The notes under the pieces were generated by a model. That model had not been told where the DNA came from, searched no databases, and saw nothing but the letters and a program-made list of their open reading frames with translations. From a virus, in IMG/VR virus record IMGVR_UViG_3300049846_002076, positions 1-64,000 of that record: a DNA stretch of 64,000 bases, one strand, 5' to 3'. Numbering within the stretch: the stretch's first letter is position 1; every line of letters starts with the position of its first letter. The position numbers were made by a program, and so were the translations under genes. Of the stretch, positions 18,350 through 27,831 are shown one piece after another.

Positions 18350-19042
18350 CTACAAACTGGCAGTTCTGACTGCTTCCGCAATCACTTCCTTCGAAAAGTG
18401 TCCGTTCGCGTAGACGCTGTTCAGATGTCCTTCGCGAAAACACCGGGACAACGCCGCCTGGGGCCGCTGCCTCGAGTTGCACCGCTCGACGAGCCACGCT
18501 CGATACGCAACCTGATGTGCCTCGCCGCGATCGTTGCTCAACAGATAGTCCTCGTGTTTAGCAACGTCGAAGATGTGCCGAAGGTGCTCCTCCCAGGCAG
18601 TCTTCACGTCCCGAATGAGCGTTTCCTCGTAGATTTGGTTGGGGCGCGGGAACATCGTCCAGCCCCGGTCTGCCGCACGGTTCATCGCGAAGCGAAGGGC
18701 GAAGTCATAGCGCACGCCGACGCGATCGCAGAACTGCCGGGCCCGCCACAGCGAGATGGTGTCGAGCGCCCGGTGAAAGATGTCCTTCTCGCCCTTCCAG
18801 ACCTCGATGCGAAGTGCCTCATCAAGATCCTTGGTCTTGGCGTAAATGTCACGCACCGCTTTCTCGTATTCGTCCGCGAACAGGTAGGTCGCGAGAGCGG
18901 GGTGCATGGGCCGATAGTCCCACCACCGCGTCGTGTAGAGCTGTGCTTCCTGGGTGCGGGCAGCCTGTGGGATGCGAGTCAGCGCTCGCAGCTCCAGGTC
19001 ATCCGAACTCAGGTCGATTCCGAAGAAGGTCTTGTTCCGCAT
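18350..19042 (-). CDS. Hypothetical protein heading the replication operon (start re-called at MRNKTFFG)
   Basis: Long ORF directly after promoter/operator. Confidence 0.75.
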   Translation of the reverse strand: MRNKTFFGIDLSSDDLELRALTRIPQAARTQEAQLYTTRWWDYRPMHPALATYLFADEYEKAVRDIYAKTKDLDEALRIEVWKGEKDIFHRALDTISLWRARQFCDRVGVRYDFALRFAMNRAADRGWTMFPRPNQIYEETLIRDVKTAWEEHLRHIFDVAKHEDYLLSNDRGEAHQVAYRAWLVERCNSRQRPQAALSRCFREGHLNSVYANGHFSKEVIAEAVRTASL

Positions 19043-19060
19043 CCCCGTATGGATTCCCAA

Positions 19061-19108
19061 AATCAGTGCTTACTGACACATTATAGCGTCTGCGCTTGGA
19101 TTCGTTAA
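19061..19108 (-). promoter_or_regulatory. Promoter TTAACG-17-TATAAT with downstream operator AATCA-GTGC-TTACT
   Basis: -35 at 19108-19103, -10 at 19085-19080, palindrome at 19061-19074. Confidence 0.72.
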
Positions 19109-19177
19109 GTCCTTGAATTTGAATTTGAAATGGGCTATTTAGAGGGCGAACTTTCCAGGCCCCAACACTTTTTGGCT

Positions 19178-19939
19178 TCAGACGCCCTCGATTCCGATCT
19201 CGGGGATCGCGACCTCGTATGCCTGCACGATCTCCTGCACCAGACCCGAGCGCACGATGTCCTTGCGCGTGAACTCAACGATCTTGACCGAAGGGATGTG
19301 ACGGAGCCGATGCACTGCGTCGATCAGCCCGTTCGTTGGATGGTTGTGGTTGTCGTAGCAGTTGATGTCGCTCTGCATCGGGTCGCCATCGACGACACAC
19401 TTCGATCCTTCCCCGAGACGGGACAGAAAGAGCTTCATCTGCCTGGGCGTGGTGTTCTGGGCCTCATCGAGGATGACGAAGGAGTTCTTGAAGGTGCGGC
19501 CCCTCATGTAGGCAAGAGGTGCAGCTTCGATGCGCCCCGACTTCAGCAGGTATTCGACCGCGCTCGAGCCGAGTCGCTCCTCGAGCACCTCCCTGAAGGG
19601 CGCGATGAAGGGCTCGTATTTCTCCTCCAGCTCGCCTGGTAGAAATCCGAGCGATTCACCCGACTCGACCGCGGGCCTGGTGACGATGATCCGCTCGACC
19701 GTCTTGTTGGTGAGCAACTGGGCCGCCAACACACCTGCGATGTAGGTCTTGCCTGTGCCGGCGGGCCCCAGTCCGAACGCGAGGGGAAAGGACTTGATGG
19801 CGTTGATGTAGCGTTTCTGGGCTTCGGTGCGGGCGTGAAGAGGCTCAGTATTCTTGACTCTGGAAGGAGGAGGGAACTCGGACTCGATCTGTTGGGGCTG
19901 GTCGTTTTTCGCGAACTTCTTCTTGTCCGGTTTTCTCAT
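19178..19939 (-). CDS. phoH: PhoH family ATPase
   Basis: GPAGTGKTY, TRPAV, LGFLPG, AYMRGRTF, DEAQN, SRLG. Confidence 0.95.
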   Translation of the reverse strand: MRKPDKKKFAKNDQPQQIESEFPPPSRVKNTEPLHARTEAQKRYINAIKSFPLAFGLGPAGTGKTYIAGVLAAQLLTNKTVERIIVTRPAVESGESLGFLPGELEEKYEPFIAPFREVLEERLGSSAVEYLLKSGRIEAAPLAYMRGRTFKNSFVILDEAQNTTPRQMKLFLSRLGEGSKCVVDGDPMQSDINCYDNHNHPTNGLIDAVHRLRHIPSVKIVEFTRKDIVRSGLVQEIVQAYEVAIPEIGIEGV

Positions 19940-21870
19940 GCGGCTTTCTTTCCTTTGAGAGTGGCGATGACGGTATCGGGGAGCTCGTTGACTGAAATCG
20001 AGTCAGAGGGGTTCCTTGCACTGCCAGTGATTGCAGCCATGTCGACGACAATTCCAGGTCTGGTGGGCGTGATCGTGTCGGGAGCAGGGGGAGAGACCGA
20101 AGCGGAGACAGTCGGAAGAGGAGTGATGGTGATTTGTTCGGGGGACAGCACCACGATGTCGCCGACTGCAGTCGCTTGCACCACCGTGACGGTGATTGCC
20201 GGGATCGTGGAAACAGCGCCGCCGGCACCTGTCGCTTGGGCCGTCGGGGACTGAATGAAGAACGTGCCGAGCTCCCCAGATGCCGTCGCATCGACGACTG
20301 CGATCGCCTGGGGTGCCGAGATGTAGATCGTGCCCAGTGCCGAGCTCGCTGCAGCGGTTCCGGTCGCGGACGCTTGGGGCGTAGACACCGTGACTGTGGG
20401 CAGGGAACCAGTCGCCAGACCATTGACGTAGGCGATGCCCGAAACCGGGCTGACCGTGATCGTGGGCAGGGATCCAGAAGCCTCTCCGACCTGACCGCCG
20501 CTCCCGAATCCGACGGGTGCCGAAACTGTGATCGTGGGCAGGGAACCGCCGGTGCTCGCTGTGCCGGTGCTCGAGCCGGTGGGCGCAGAAACCGTAATGG
20601 TAGCCAGTGCCCCGGTTGCATTCGCCGCCACCCCCGCAGATCCAGTCGGGGCGCTGACTGTGACCGTGACCAGGGATCCTGTCGCGGTGACGTTGCCTTC
20701 TCCGACGGCCGAACCAGCGATAGCTCCGATCGTAACCGTGCCGATCGAGCCCGCAGCTCCAGCTCCGCCGGTTGCGGAAACGCTTGGGGCTGTGACGCTG
20801 ACCGTCGAAAGGGCGCCCGTTGCCCCCGCGGCTCCGCTTCCTGTGCCTGCAGGAGCACTGATGGTGACCGTAGACAGACTGCCAGATGTGCTTGCCGCAC
20901 CTGTAGCCGATCCCGCCGGGGCGCTGACGGTGACTGTCGGAAGACTGCCAACCGCGAATGCCATGCTCGCGGCGGAACCCGAGATCGGACTGACGGTGAC
21001 GGTTTCGATCGTAGCCGATGCACCTGCAGCTCCGGTCGCAGTCGCCGCCGGCGAACTGACCGTGACGGTCGGGAGAGCTCCTGTCGCAATGACTTCTGCC
21101 GCAGCCGAGCCGCTGATCGGGCTGACGGTGATGGTTGCCAGGGATCCACTCGTCGAAGCCGCACCCGAGCCCGTAGCGGTCGGCGAACTGACTGTGACCG
21201 TGCCGACGGTCGCGGTTGCCTGGGCTGCGCCTGTCGCACTTCCCGAGGGGGTCGTGACCGTGACAGTAGACACCGCCCCGGACGCGCTAGCCGCCCCTGT
21301 GGCACTCCCAGAGGGCGCGGTGAGGGTGATTGTCGGGAGCGCCCCGGTAGCGCCCGCATCGCCCGTTGCGGAGGCCCCAAGGGGAGAAATGGTGACGGTC
21401 GCCAGGGCTCCGGTCGCATCCCCGCTGGTGCCTGCCGAACCCGCCGGGGAACTGACCGTAACGGTTCCGATCGCACCCGAGGTGCTCGCCGCACCCGATC
21501 CCGTGCCTGCGGGTGCTGTGACCGTGACCGTGGTGAGAGCTGCCGTGCCGGTGGCATCCCCGGTTGCCGAACCTGCCGGAGAGGTCAGGGTGACGGTGCC
21601 AATCGCAGCAGAAGCGCCCGCGGCACCTGTGGCAGAACCCGCAGGGGTCGTTACGGTGACGGTGACGAGGGCGGCAGAAGCCCCGGCGTCCCCTGTAGCG
21701 GAACCCGAGATTGCGGTGACTGTGACAGTGCCGATTGCACCGCTGGCATTCGCGTCGCCACCGGCGCTATCAGTGTATCCGTCGGTGTCGAACCATCCAA
21801 CACTCTTCTGCGTCTCGTCGAACCAGGACGAGACCGCGAGACTCGGATCAAATTGTCCGAGGTTTGCCAC
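19936..21870 (-). CDS. Ala/Thr/Gly/Ser-rich tandem-repeat fibre-like protein
   Basis: About 24 copies of a 23-aa unit like GALxTVTVSAPxGSATGxAxAx. Confidence 0.8.
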   Translation of the reverse strand: MANLGQFDPSLAVSSWFDETQKSVGWFDTDGYTDSAGGDANASGAIGTVTVTAISGSATGDAGASAALVTVTVTTPAGSATGAAGASAAIGTVTLTSPAGSATGDATGTAALTTVTVTAPAGTGSGAASTSGAIGTVTVSSPAGSAGTSGDATGALATVTISPLGASATGDAGATGALPTITLTAPSGSATGAASASGAVSTVTVTTPSGSATGAAQATATVGTVTVSSPTATGSGAASTSGSLATITVSPISGSAAAEVIATGALPTVTVSSPAATATGAAGASATIETVTVSPISGSAASMAFAVGSLPTVTVSAPAGSATGAASTSGSLSTVTISAPAGTGSGAAGATGALSTVSVTAPSVSATGGAGAAGSIGTVTIGAIAGSAVGEGNVTATGSLVTVTVSAPTGSAGVAANATGALATITVSAPTGSSTGTASTGGSLPTITVSAPVGFGSGGQVGEASGSLPTITVSPVSGIAYVNGLATGSLPTVTVSTPQASATGTAAASSALGTIYISAPQAIAVVDATASGELGTFFIQSPTAQATGAGGAVSTIPAITVTVVQATAVGDIVVLSPEQITITPLPTVSASVSPPAPDTITPTRPGIVVDMAAITGSARNPSDSISVNELPDTVIATLKGKKAA

Positions 21871-21873
21871 GGC

Positions 21874-22785
21874 TTAACTCACCGCGGCATACATCGAGGC
21901 AGTGCTGGAGGTCAGTGCGGCAGCGGGGTTGGGCAGTGCGGTCGTGAGACCCGTGGAGCTCGTTCCCGAGATGATCGGGGCCGTGCCCGCGAGCTGACCG
22001 CCGGTGCGGGCTGTGCCGCCCTTCATCGTGATGATCGTCGTGGCGGTCATGTAGAAGCCGATGTAGTAGAGGCCCGAAGTCGGCACACGGAACGCGGCCG
22101 TCAGCGGGATCGTCTTTACGGTGTTCGCCGCCCAGGCAGTCGTCGTCTGGTTCGCCGTGTTCGCGAGCAGGTTCCGGGTCGTGCCGTCGAAGATGCCCGC
22201 CGCGTAGTTCGTGGGCGTGCCAGCGGCGGTCGTCCCACTCGACAAGATGATGTTGTTGATGACCTGACCCGCCGTCAGGTAGATCGCCTGCATGAAGAGC
22301 GTGCCGCTGGCCGAGGGCACAGTGCTGTTCACTTCGGGGCACAGTTCGCGGGGCATGGTTTCCGCGATCGTGCCGGTGATGCCGAGGTTCGGGCGAGCAG
22401 GCACCGTGTAAGAATATTCCCCACCCTGCGCGTCATGGTGAGTCCAGCTACCTTCCGCATCGAGAACGAGGTTTTCCCCCGGAAGCAGCGTCACACTCAT
22501 CAGGTCTTCCGAGGTCGTTCCGTCGAAGTGCTGCACGGTCACCTGCGTGGCAACCGTGGCATGAGCGTTCGTGATGTTCAGGTGCTTGACGTTGCGCTGC
22601 GTGCTCGCCGCCGGGCTGCCGACGACCGTAGTCGTCGTATTGGTCGTGATCGCCGCGGTGTTCGTGCGCCCCGGAGTGATCGTGCCCGCATTGTTGTCCA
22701 CCCAGGAAGCGTGAACCTGGATCGAAGATCCAGTCGTGCCAGTGACAACACGAATGATGTCACTGGTGCCGGTGAGCAGCAGCAT
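21874..22785 (-). CDS. Putative virion structural / fibre-associated protein
   Basis: Thr-rich beta-strand composition; in cassette with the repeat protein. Confidence 0.65.
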   Translation of the reverse strand: MLLLTGTSDIIRVVTGTTGSSIQVHASWVDNNAGTITPGRTNTAAITTNTTTTVVGSPAASTQRNVKHLNITNAHATVATQVTVQHFDGTTSEDLMSVTLLPGENLVLDAEGSWTHHDAQGGEYSYTVPARPNLGITGTIAETMPRELCPEVNSTVPSASGTLFMQAIYLTAGQVINNIILSSGTTAAGTPTNYAAGIFDGTTRNLLANTANQTTTAWAANTVKTIPLTAAFRVPTSGLYYIGFYMTATTIITMKGGTARTGGQLAGTAPIISGTSSTGLTTALPNPAAALTSSTASMYAAVS

Positions 22786-22798
22786 TCAGGACTCCCGA

Positions 22799-23221
22799 TT
22801 AGTTCTGGAAGCGCAGGGGCGAGGACAGCGTGACCGAGAACGTGCCGTTGGTCGCGGTCACGTCGGCGCCGAAGTCGACGTAGGCGACCAGTTCGTCGGC
22901 AGTCGAAGCGCCGCCGCGGGACTTGTAGATCACGCCAGCGCGTGCCGTGAAAGTCGATGCCGGCCAGGACGGGTTCGAGAACGTCACGTCGAGACGGTCG
23001 TTCGCGGTGTCCTTGCTCACCGTCGCGGTGACTGTGGCGCCCCCGGTCGTGTAACCGTTGCCGTTGGCGACCTCGCTGGTCACGGCAGAGCGCTTGAGGT
23101 CGGTGTCCTTGTTGGGCGTGTAGGCCGCCGTCACCAGCATCATCTTGAAGGTGTCGGTGTCGAAGTCGATCGCGCCGCGGGCGAGGTCTTCGAGGCACGA
23201 GTTGTAGACGAGGGAAGCCAT
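22799..23221 (-). CDS. Putative phage fibre/tail-associated structural protein
   Basis: IDFDTDTFKMML...EV..GNGYTTGG...W...TFTAR...LVAYVDFG...TNGTF pattern typical of phage structural genes. Confidence 0.65.
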   Translation of the reverse strand: MASLVYNSCLEDLARGAIDFDTDTFKMMLVTAAYTPNKDTDLKRSAVTSEVANGNGYTTGGATVTATVSKDTANDRLDVTFSNPSWPASTFTARAGVIYKSRGGASTADELVAYVDFGADVTATNGTFSVTLSSPLRFQN

Positions 23222-23250
23222 GGCAAATCCTTTCCGGGATGGGTCAGTGG

Positions 23251-23287
23251 ATTATGGTCGATTTCGCCTAGTTAGTCAATGCTGACT
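23251..23287 (-). promoter_or_regulatory. Promoter TTGACT-17-CATAAT with perfect operator AGTCA-ATGC-TGACT over the -35
   Basis: Palindrome at 23274-23287; -10 at 23256-23251. Confidence 0.82.
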
Positions 23288-24506
23288 ATTTCACCGCGAG
23301 AGGCGAAATCAGGGGGCGGTTCACGAACTCATGGGGCTCTCGGACATAGAGCTTGCCCCCGACGACCGCATGGTCGGCGATCGGGACGTATTCGATCACC
23401 TGGCTGCGCGTATGGGTGTCGACGTGGACGAGGGCGAACCCCATGTGCCACTTCTCCCCGACGCAGTAGGAGGCATCCCGGCGGTGCCCGCAGCCCATCT
23501 GGTGCCACTCGTAGGCCCCGTAGACGGGGCTGAAGTTGGGCCAGACGATGTGCGAGTGGTGGTGGCCGTTCACCCCCGGCATGCCCCAGGAGCGGCCGTC
23601 CGGGTAGTGATATGCGAGGAATGAATCCCAGTAAATTCGATAATTGTTACGAAGCTCCTTCTGCACGTCCTTCTCGGTGTAGGCCGCCAGGTCAGCCTTG
23701 CCGACCCAGTTGACGTTGAACTCGTCCAGCTTGAAGAGCTTGCGAACGTCCATGTCGTGCAGTTCGGCGAGCACCGCCCGCAGCGCCGGCGTCTCGTCAG
23801 CGAAATGCCGCAGGATCCGGTATTCGTGGTTGCCTTCGATCAGGTCGATTTGGGCCTCCGGGGCAGCTTCCCGGGCGGGGCGAACGATCTGGTCGCGGAA
23901 GAACTTGATGCGACGCACCGGCCCCCACTGCCGCGGGTCGACCGTGTATTTGCCGAACTCGGGCAAGTCCATGCCGTCGCCCACGATGCTGAAGACTTCC
24001 GGCTGTGCCCGCTTCAGGGTATCGAGCATGACCCGCCTGAAGAACGGGTCGATCTCCTCGTCGTGCAGATCGGAGACGAACATCCCCATCTGCCAACGCT
24101 TCTTGTTGGGGCGAAGGTAGCGCTCGCCCCACTCCGACCGTTCTGCTGCCACCGCCCGGTAGTGGTCGACCGAGGCATGCTTCGCGATCTGCCGCTCGAG
24201 GTTGTGCTGCTGCCTGGTGAGGATGATGCCGGCCTGGCGCTTGAACTCCTCGAAGGTGCCGAAGTGCGCGTTCCAGACCGACTCGGTGATGGGGCTCTTG
24301 TTGCGGAAGTAGTTGCGGGTGATGACCTTCTCGGGTTCCGCGAGCGCGATTGCCTTGAGGATCTCGATGCACGCTTCCGCGGTGCGTGGGGTCGGATCCT
24401 TGTGCAGAACGGTTTCAGAGAGCGGCGCCTTGCCGGCGTTCGCGGGTTTCTTGGGGACAGGTGCCTTCTTGGGTGCGACTGACGCTCTCGTTGTGCGAGA
24501 CGGCAT
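23286..24506 (-). CDS. Calcineurin-like metallophosphoesterase (start re-called at MPSRTT)
   Basis: SDLH, GDGMD, GNHE, GHHH motifs. Confidence 0.85.
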   Translation of the reverse strand: MPSRTTRASVAPKKAPVPKKPANAGKAPLSETVLHKDPTPRTAEACIEILKAIALAEPEKVITRNYFRNKSPITESVWNAHFGTFEEFKRQAGIILTRQQHNLERQIAKHASVDHYRAVAAERSEWGERYLRPNKKRWQMGMFVSDLHDEEIDPFFRRVMLDTLKRAQPEVFSIVGDGMDLPEFGKYTVDPRQWGPVRRIKFFRDQIVRPAREAAPEAQIDLIEGNHEYRILRHFADETPALRAVLAELHDMDVRKLFKLDEFNVNWVGKADLAAYTEKDVQKELRNNYRIYWDSFLAYHYPDGRSWGMPGVNGHHHSHIVWPNFSPVYGAYEWHQMGCGHRRDASYCVGEKWHMGFALVHVDTHTRSQVIEYVPIADHAVVGGKLYVREPHEFVNRPLISPLAVK

Positions 24507-24529
24507 TGCGACTCCTGGTTGTTGAGGGG

Positions 24530-25129
24530 CTACTGCCGTTGCTGCTGGATCTTCTTCTGGTAGGCCGCGACGTCGTCTACGAGCGCGTCGTGGCGCTTCC
24601 CGAGCTCCCGGCACTGCCCGGCGATGAGGGCGAGGTGGTCGGACACTTCGCGCAGTCCATTCTCGGAAGGGGTGCGCTTTTCTCCATCGCTCCATCCCGC
24701 GGGATCAGGAGCGGTGCCGTCGAGGGCGCGGTTGAGCAGGCCCACAGCACCGACGCTGAGAGTAGAAGGCACGCAGTTGCACAGTTGCGGAGCAGTTGTT
24801 GAGCAGAGCGCATTGGGGTCTTCCTTCACGGAGTTCAGAGGCGTGGGAGGGATCGCGTCGGCGAGCTGACGCCGCAGACGGTCGTTCTCGGTTTTGATGG
24901 CGCGGTTCTCTTTCTGCAGCTTCTCGCCATCTTCCCTGGCTTTCACGGGAGCCGCGGCATCTTCCCTGGCGGTCTGCTGTGCCTGCTCGAGCTTCGCAGC
25001 GTCGGTTTTCCAGGCGTGAATCTTCCAACCAGCGACCCCGCCGAACACACCGCCGGCCACAAGGCCGATCAAAAGTGCGACGAGGAAGTTGCGAACCTCG
25101 GTGACGATGCCGAGACCGGGGATGTTCAT
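24530..25129 (-). CDS. Rz-like inner-membrane spanin (start re-called at MNIPGL)
   Basis: N-terminal TM, coiled coil, follows holin and endolysin. Confidence 0.75.
   Translation of the reverse strand: MNIPGLGIVTEVRNFLVALLIGLVAGGVFGGVAGWKIHAWKTDAAKLEQAQQTAREDAAAPVKAREDGEKLQKENRAIKTENDRLRRQLADAIPPTPLNSVKEDPNALCSTTAPQLCNCVPSTLSVGAVGLLNRALDGTAPDPAGWSDGEKRTPSENGLREVSDHLALIAGQCRELGKRHDALVDDVAAYQKKIQQQRQ
24577..24813 (-). CDS. Rz1-like outer-membrane lipoprotein spanin embedded in Rz
   Basis: Signal peptide with LWAC lipobox, Pro-rich mature part, alternate frame inside Rz. Confidence 0.55.
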   Translation of the reverse strand: MRSAQQLLRNCATACLLLSASVLWACSTAPSTAPLLIPRDGAMEKSAPLPRMDCAKCPTTSPSSPGSAGSSGSATTRS

Positions 25130-25131
25130 GG

Positions 25132-25389
25132 TTACTCCTCCTTCTTGCTCGCTTCGGCCTGGCGCCGAATGCGATCGGGCAGCAAAGCGCCGAGCAGACC
25201 CACGACCAGCATGCCGATCGTGAGAATCGCCTCGAGGTTCTTGGGGCTCGCCCAGACGCCGATCGACGTGAGCGCCATGACGATGCCGCGCAGCGTCGAG
25301 GGCTCGGACATGCGGTCGAGCAGGTAGACGTAGACGCGAATGCACCCCATACGGAATTTCTCGCCGAATGTCACCTTTTTCGCGTTCAT
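25132..25389 (-). CDS. Putative holin
   Basis: RMSEPSTLRG motif, two hydrophobic segments, charged tail; between endolysin and spanin. Confidence 0.7.
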   Translation of the reverse strand: MNAKKVTFGEKFRMGCIRVYVYLLDRMSEPSTLRGIVMALTSIGVWASPKNLEAILTIGMLVVGLLGALLPDRIRRQAEASKKEE

Positions 25390-25904
25390 GTGATGTCCTT
25401 CAATCCAACCAGGTATTCGGTCTTCATCTTGCCGGGGCGCTTCGGATCGGGGCGTTTCACCGCAGTGATGATTTCGCGACGACCCTTCTTGCCTTCCTTC
25501 GAAATGCTGACATGCACCCAGGAACCGAATTCGAGGATGATCTGATCGAAGTCGAGGTTGTAGACAGCGCACATGCGAACGATTTCGGTCGCCAGCACGA
25601 ACGGTCGAACCCCGGCTACAGTCAGATCACCCGCGAGAGCCTCGGTGTGTGCCGACGGGGGAGAAACTGCCCCGCCTGCCTTGACGTTGAGGACTGGGCA
25701 CCGATACCCCGAACTCACGTAGATGCCTTGCTTGAACAAACCCAGGCAGCCCGCGTTGAGCTCACCCAGGAACCACGACAGTCGCCGCGCATTCGGCAGC
25801 AGATCGGGCGGGATCGAGTTGTCGATGCCTTCGCGTGCCGCGATCTGACTGTGTTCCAGCACATCCCTGCCGAACAGGGGATGAAAATTTACGGGAGAAG
25901 GCAT
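25386..25904 (-). CDS. Endolysin, peptidase M15A family (start re-called at MPSPVN)
   Basis: SSGYRCPVLN..GG...SAH...AGD...WVHVS. Confidence 0.88.
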   Translation of the reverse strand: MPSPVNFHPLFGRDVLEHSQIAAREGIDNSIPPDLLPNARRLSWFLGELNAGCLGLFKQGIYVSSGYRCPVLNVKAGGAVSPPSAHTEALAGDLTVAGVRPFVLATEIVRMCAVYNLDFDQIILEFGSWVHVSISKEGKKGRREIITAVKRPDPKRPGKMKTEYLVGLKDIT

Positions 25905-26254
25905 CAGTGTCCGAAGACCTTGCCGGCGATGGCGAACAGCGCTACGCCGATGACGCCTACGATGAGGATCACGACGAAGACCTTGGCGAACAGTGAGCCC
26001 ATGGTCTCGTCGAACCACTTCAAACCTCGACGCAGCCGATCGTGGTGAATGATGTGGTCGCTCGGATCCATCCTGCCGAGGATCGCGATACGGTTCTGCA
26101 TGATTTCTTCGCGCAGGGATTCGCGCAGTCCTTCGAACTGTTCGGCGATCTCTGCGCGTGTCTCGACTACGATCTCCTGCGCTGCCTTCTGGGCCGCGGC
26201 GCCGGCGATGATTTCAAGAACTTCTCTTTCCATCGTGATGGTTCCTGTTGTCAT
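25904..26254 (-). CDS. Membrane-anchored protein heading the lysis cassette
   Basis: Coiled coil plus C-terminal TM. Confidence 0.7.
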   Translation of the reverse strand: MTTGTITMEREVLEIIAGAAAQKAAQEIVVETRAEIAEQFEGLRESLREEIMQNRIAILGRMDPSDHIIHHDRLRRGLKWFDETMGSLFAKVFVVILIVGVIGVALFAIAGKVFGH

Positions 26255-26286
26255 AGGGGCCTGCGCTCGCTTGCAGGATCAGAAGA

Positions 26287-26315
26287 ATTATAGCAGTCAG
26301 CGTTGACTAACTCAA
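26287..26315 (-). promoter_or_regulatory. Lysis promoter TTGAGT-17-TATAAT with perfect operator AGTCA-GCGT-TGACT in the spacer
   Basis: -35 at 26315-26310, -10 at 26292-26287, palindrome at 26295-26308. Confidence 0.85.
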
Positions 26316-26581
26316 TCCCCGATCATTTTCAGCTTGGCGTTGCGCTTGATCGTGCCGACGCTTGCCATGCCTCCACGCGGGATACGGGAGCGAAGTTCGG
26401 GGGTCAGTGAGTGCTTGCGACGGTAACCGAGCTTCGCCATGACCGTCTCCGCACGCGCCAGGGTGATGATGCGGTTGCCCCGCTTGCCCTGCATCGCGTC
26501 GAAGCTCGGCTGCTCGATCTTGACCGTCACCACGATCAGCCCGCCCTTCTTGTCGTCCTTGTAGAACTTGACCGAATTCAC
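26312..26581 (-). CDS. Basic hypothetical protein
   Basis: GTG start with AAGGAG RBS. Confidence 0.65.
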   Translation of the reverse strand: MNSVKFYKDDKKGGLIVVTVKIEQPSFDAMQGKRGNRIITLARAETVMAKLGYRRKHSLTPELRSRIPRGGMASVGTIKRNAKLKMIGD

Positions 26582-26622
26582 TTGCGTCTCCTTATATAAG
26601 GTTTAAGGTGCCACTTGAAGGT

Positions 26623-27099
26623 TCACTTGCCACCATCATTCCAGCCCTGTGCCTGGCCGGGGTTGGGGAAGTCCATGCCGCGGGCCGCGCTCTCGTCGCC
26701 CTGAATCCGAAAGGCAACCGCGAAGCGACCGTTGAGTTTCCAGCCCACGTGCGTCTGCAGGTAGCTCCTACGCTTGTTGCCAGCCCATCGGATCTGGACT
26801 CCGATGAAGAACGGCAGCATCAGGCGAATGAAGAGCACACCGTTGTAGTAGAGGCTGTTCTTGTGGCCGTTGTTCTTGTAGGTGACCAGCGTGGGCATCG
26901 TCCCGGTGCGAATCGTTTGAGCCCCAAGCAGGCAGACCCGCAAATTTCGGAAGTTCGGCTTCTCGAGCTTGGTCGGATCAGCCCATCCCCACTGCAGGGA
27001 GAAGACGGGCTTGATCCAGGTCAAGGGAATAGTGGAAAGCTCACCGACCCAGTCGATGAGCTTCCACATGAACTTCAGCTTCGCAAACGGGCGGGCCAC
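26623..27099 (-). CDS. Hypothetical protein (Trp-rich, basic)
   Basis: 158-aa ORF in operon. Confidence 0.65.
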   Translation of the reverse strand: MARPFAKLKFMWKLIDWVGELSTIPLTWIKPVFSLQWGWADPTKLEKPNFRNLRVCLLGAQTIRTGTMPTLVTYKNNGHKNSLYYNGVLFIRLMLPFFIGVQIRWAGNKRRSYLQTHVGWKLNGRFAVAFRIQGDESAARGMDFPNPGQAQGWNDGGK

Positions 27100-27109
27100 G
27101 TTCAGCCCA

Positions 27110-27811
27110 TCAGCAGGTGGTAGCGGGCGGCACCGGCCGGCAGGTTGCGTTGTTGCGGTTGTCGCCGGCGTTGTTCACGCTGTTGTTCGGGTTGTCGCGG
27201 TTGTCGCCGGAGCTCTGGCCGTAGTTGCCAGCCGAGTTGTCGCGCTGGTTGCCCGATCCCTGGCCCTGGTTGTCGCCGGTGTTGTAGGAGTTGTTGTAGG
27301 TGTAGGAATTGGGCGTCGGACGGGCGCTCACGCCGAGGATGATGTCACGCCACATGGAGTTCGTGCTCTCAGCCTGCTTGGTGTGTTCCTTGGACTGAAC
27401 CACGTTGCCCCACATCATGATGCCGGGCGCGAGACCCTTGTCGATCGCGAGCAGGGCTGCCTTCTCGAGGAAGGACGGCTGCTCGACGTAGGCGGGCACG
27501 TTCGATGCCATCTTGTCGTAGGAGACCTCCGCGGTGCCGCCCTTCTCGAAGAGCTCCACGGGCAGGTTCACGGTGATCTCGGACACGCCGGACATGATCA
27601 TGGGCTGGCCGTCTTTCCCCTTGATCGAGAGCACCTGGACGGTCTTGACCGCCTTGGCTTTCTCGATGTCGGCGGCCTTCTTCGCCTCGATCGCGGTCTT
27701 CACGACGTCCATCTGGGTCGCGTAGTTGGGGTCGGGCTTCTTGTCGAACAGACCGCATGCCGACAGCGTGAATGCTATCAGCAAAGCGAGGACGATCTTG
27801 AACACGTTCAT
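27110..27811 (-). CDS. Lipoprotein with Asn/Gly/Asp-rich repetitive tail
   Basis: LSAC lipobox; GDNxxN repeats; AAGGAG RBS. Confidence 0.8.
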   Translation of the reverse strand: MNVFKIVLALLIAFTLSACGLFDKKPDPNYATQMDVVKTAIEAKKAADIEKAKAVKTVQVLSIKGKDGQPMIMSGVSEITVNLPVELFEKGGTAEVSYDKMASNVPAYVEQPSFLEKAALLAIDKGLAPGIMMWGNVVQSKEHTKQAESTNSMWRDIILGVSARPTPNSYTYNNSYNTGDNQGQGSGNQRDNSAGNYGQSSGDNRDNPNNSVNNAGDNRNNATCRPVPPATTC

Positions 27812-27831
27812 GGCTCTCTCCTTCTCGGGTC

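Noticed and set aside
19936-21870. CRISPR array or DNA tandem repeat
   Set aside because: Periodicity is at protein level with degenerate codons; no identical repeats with unique spacers and no cas genes
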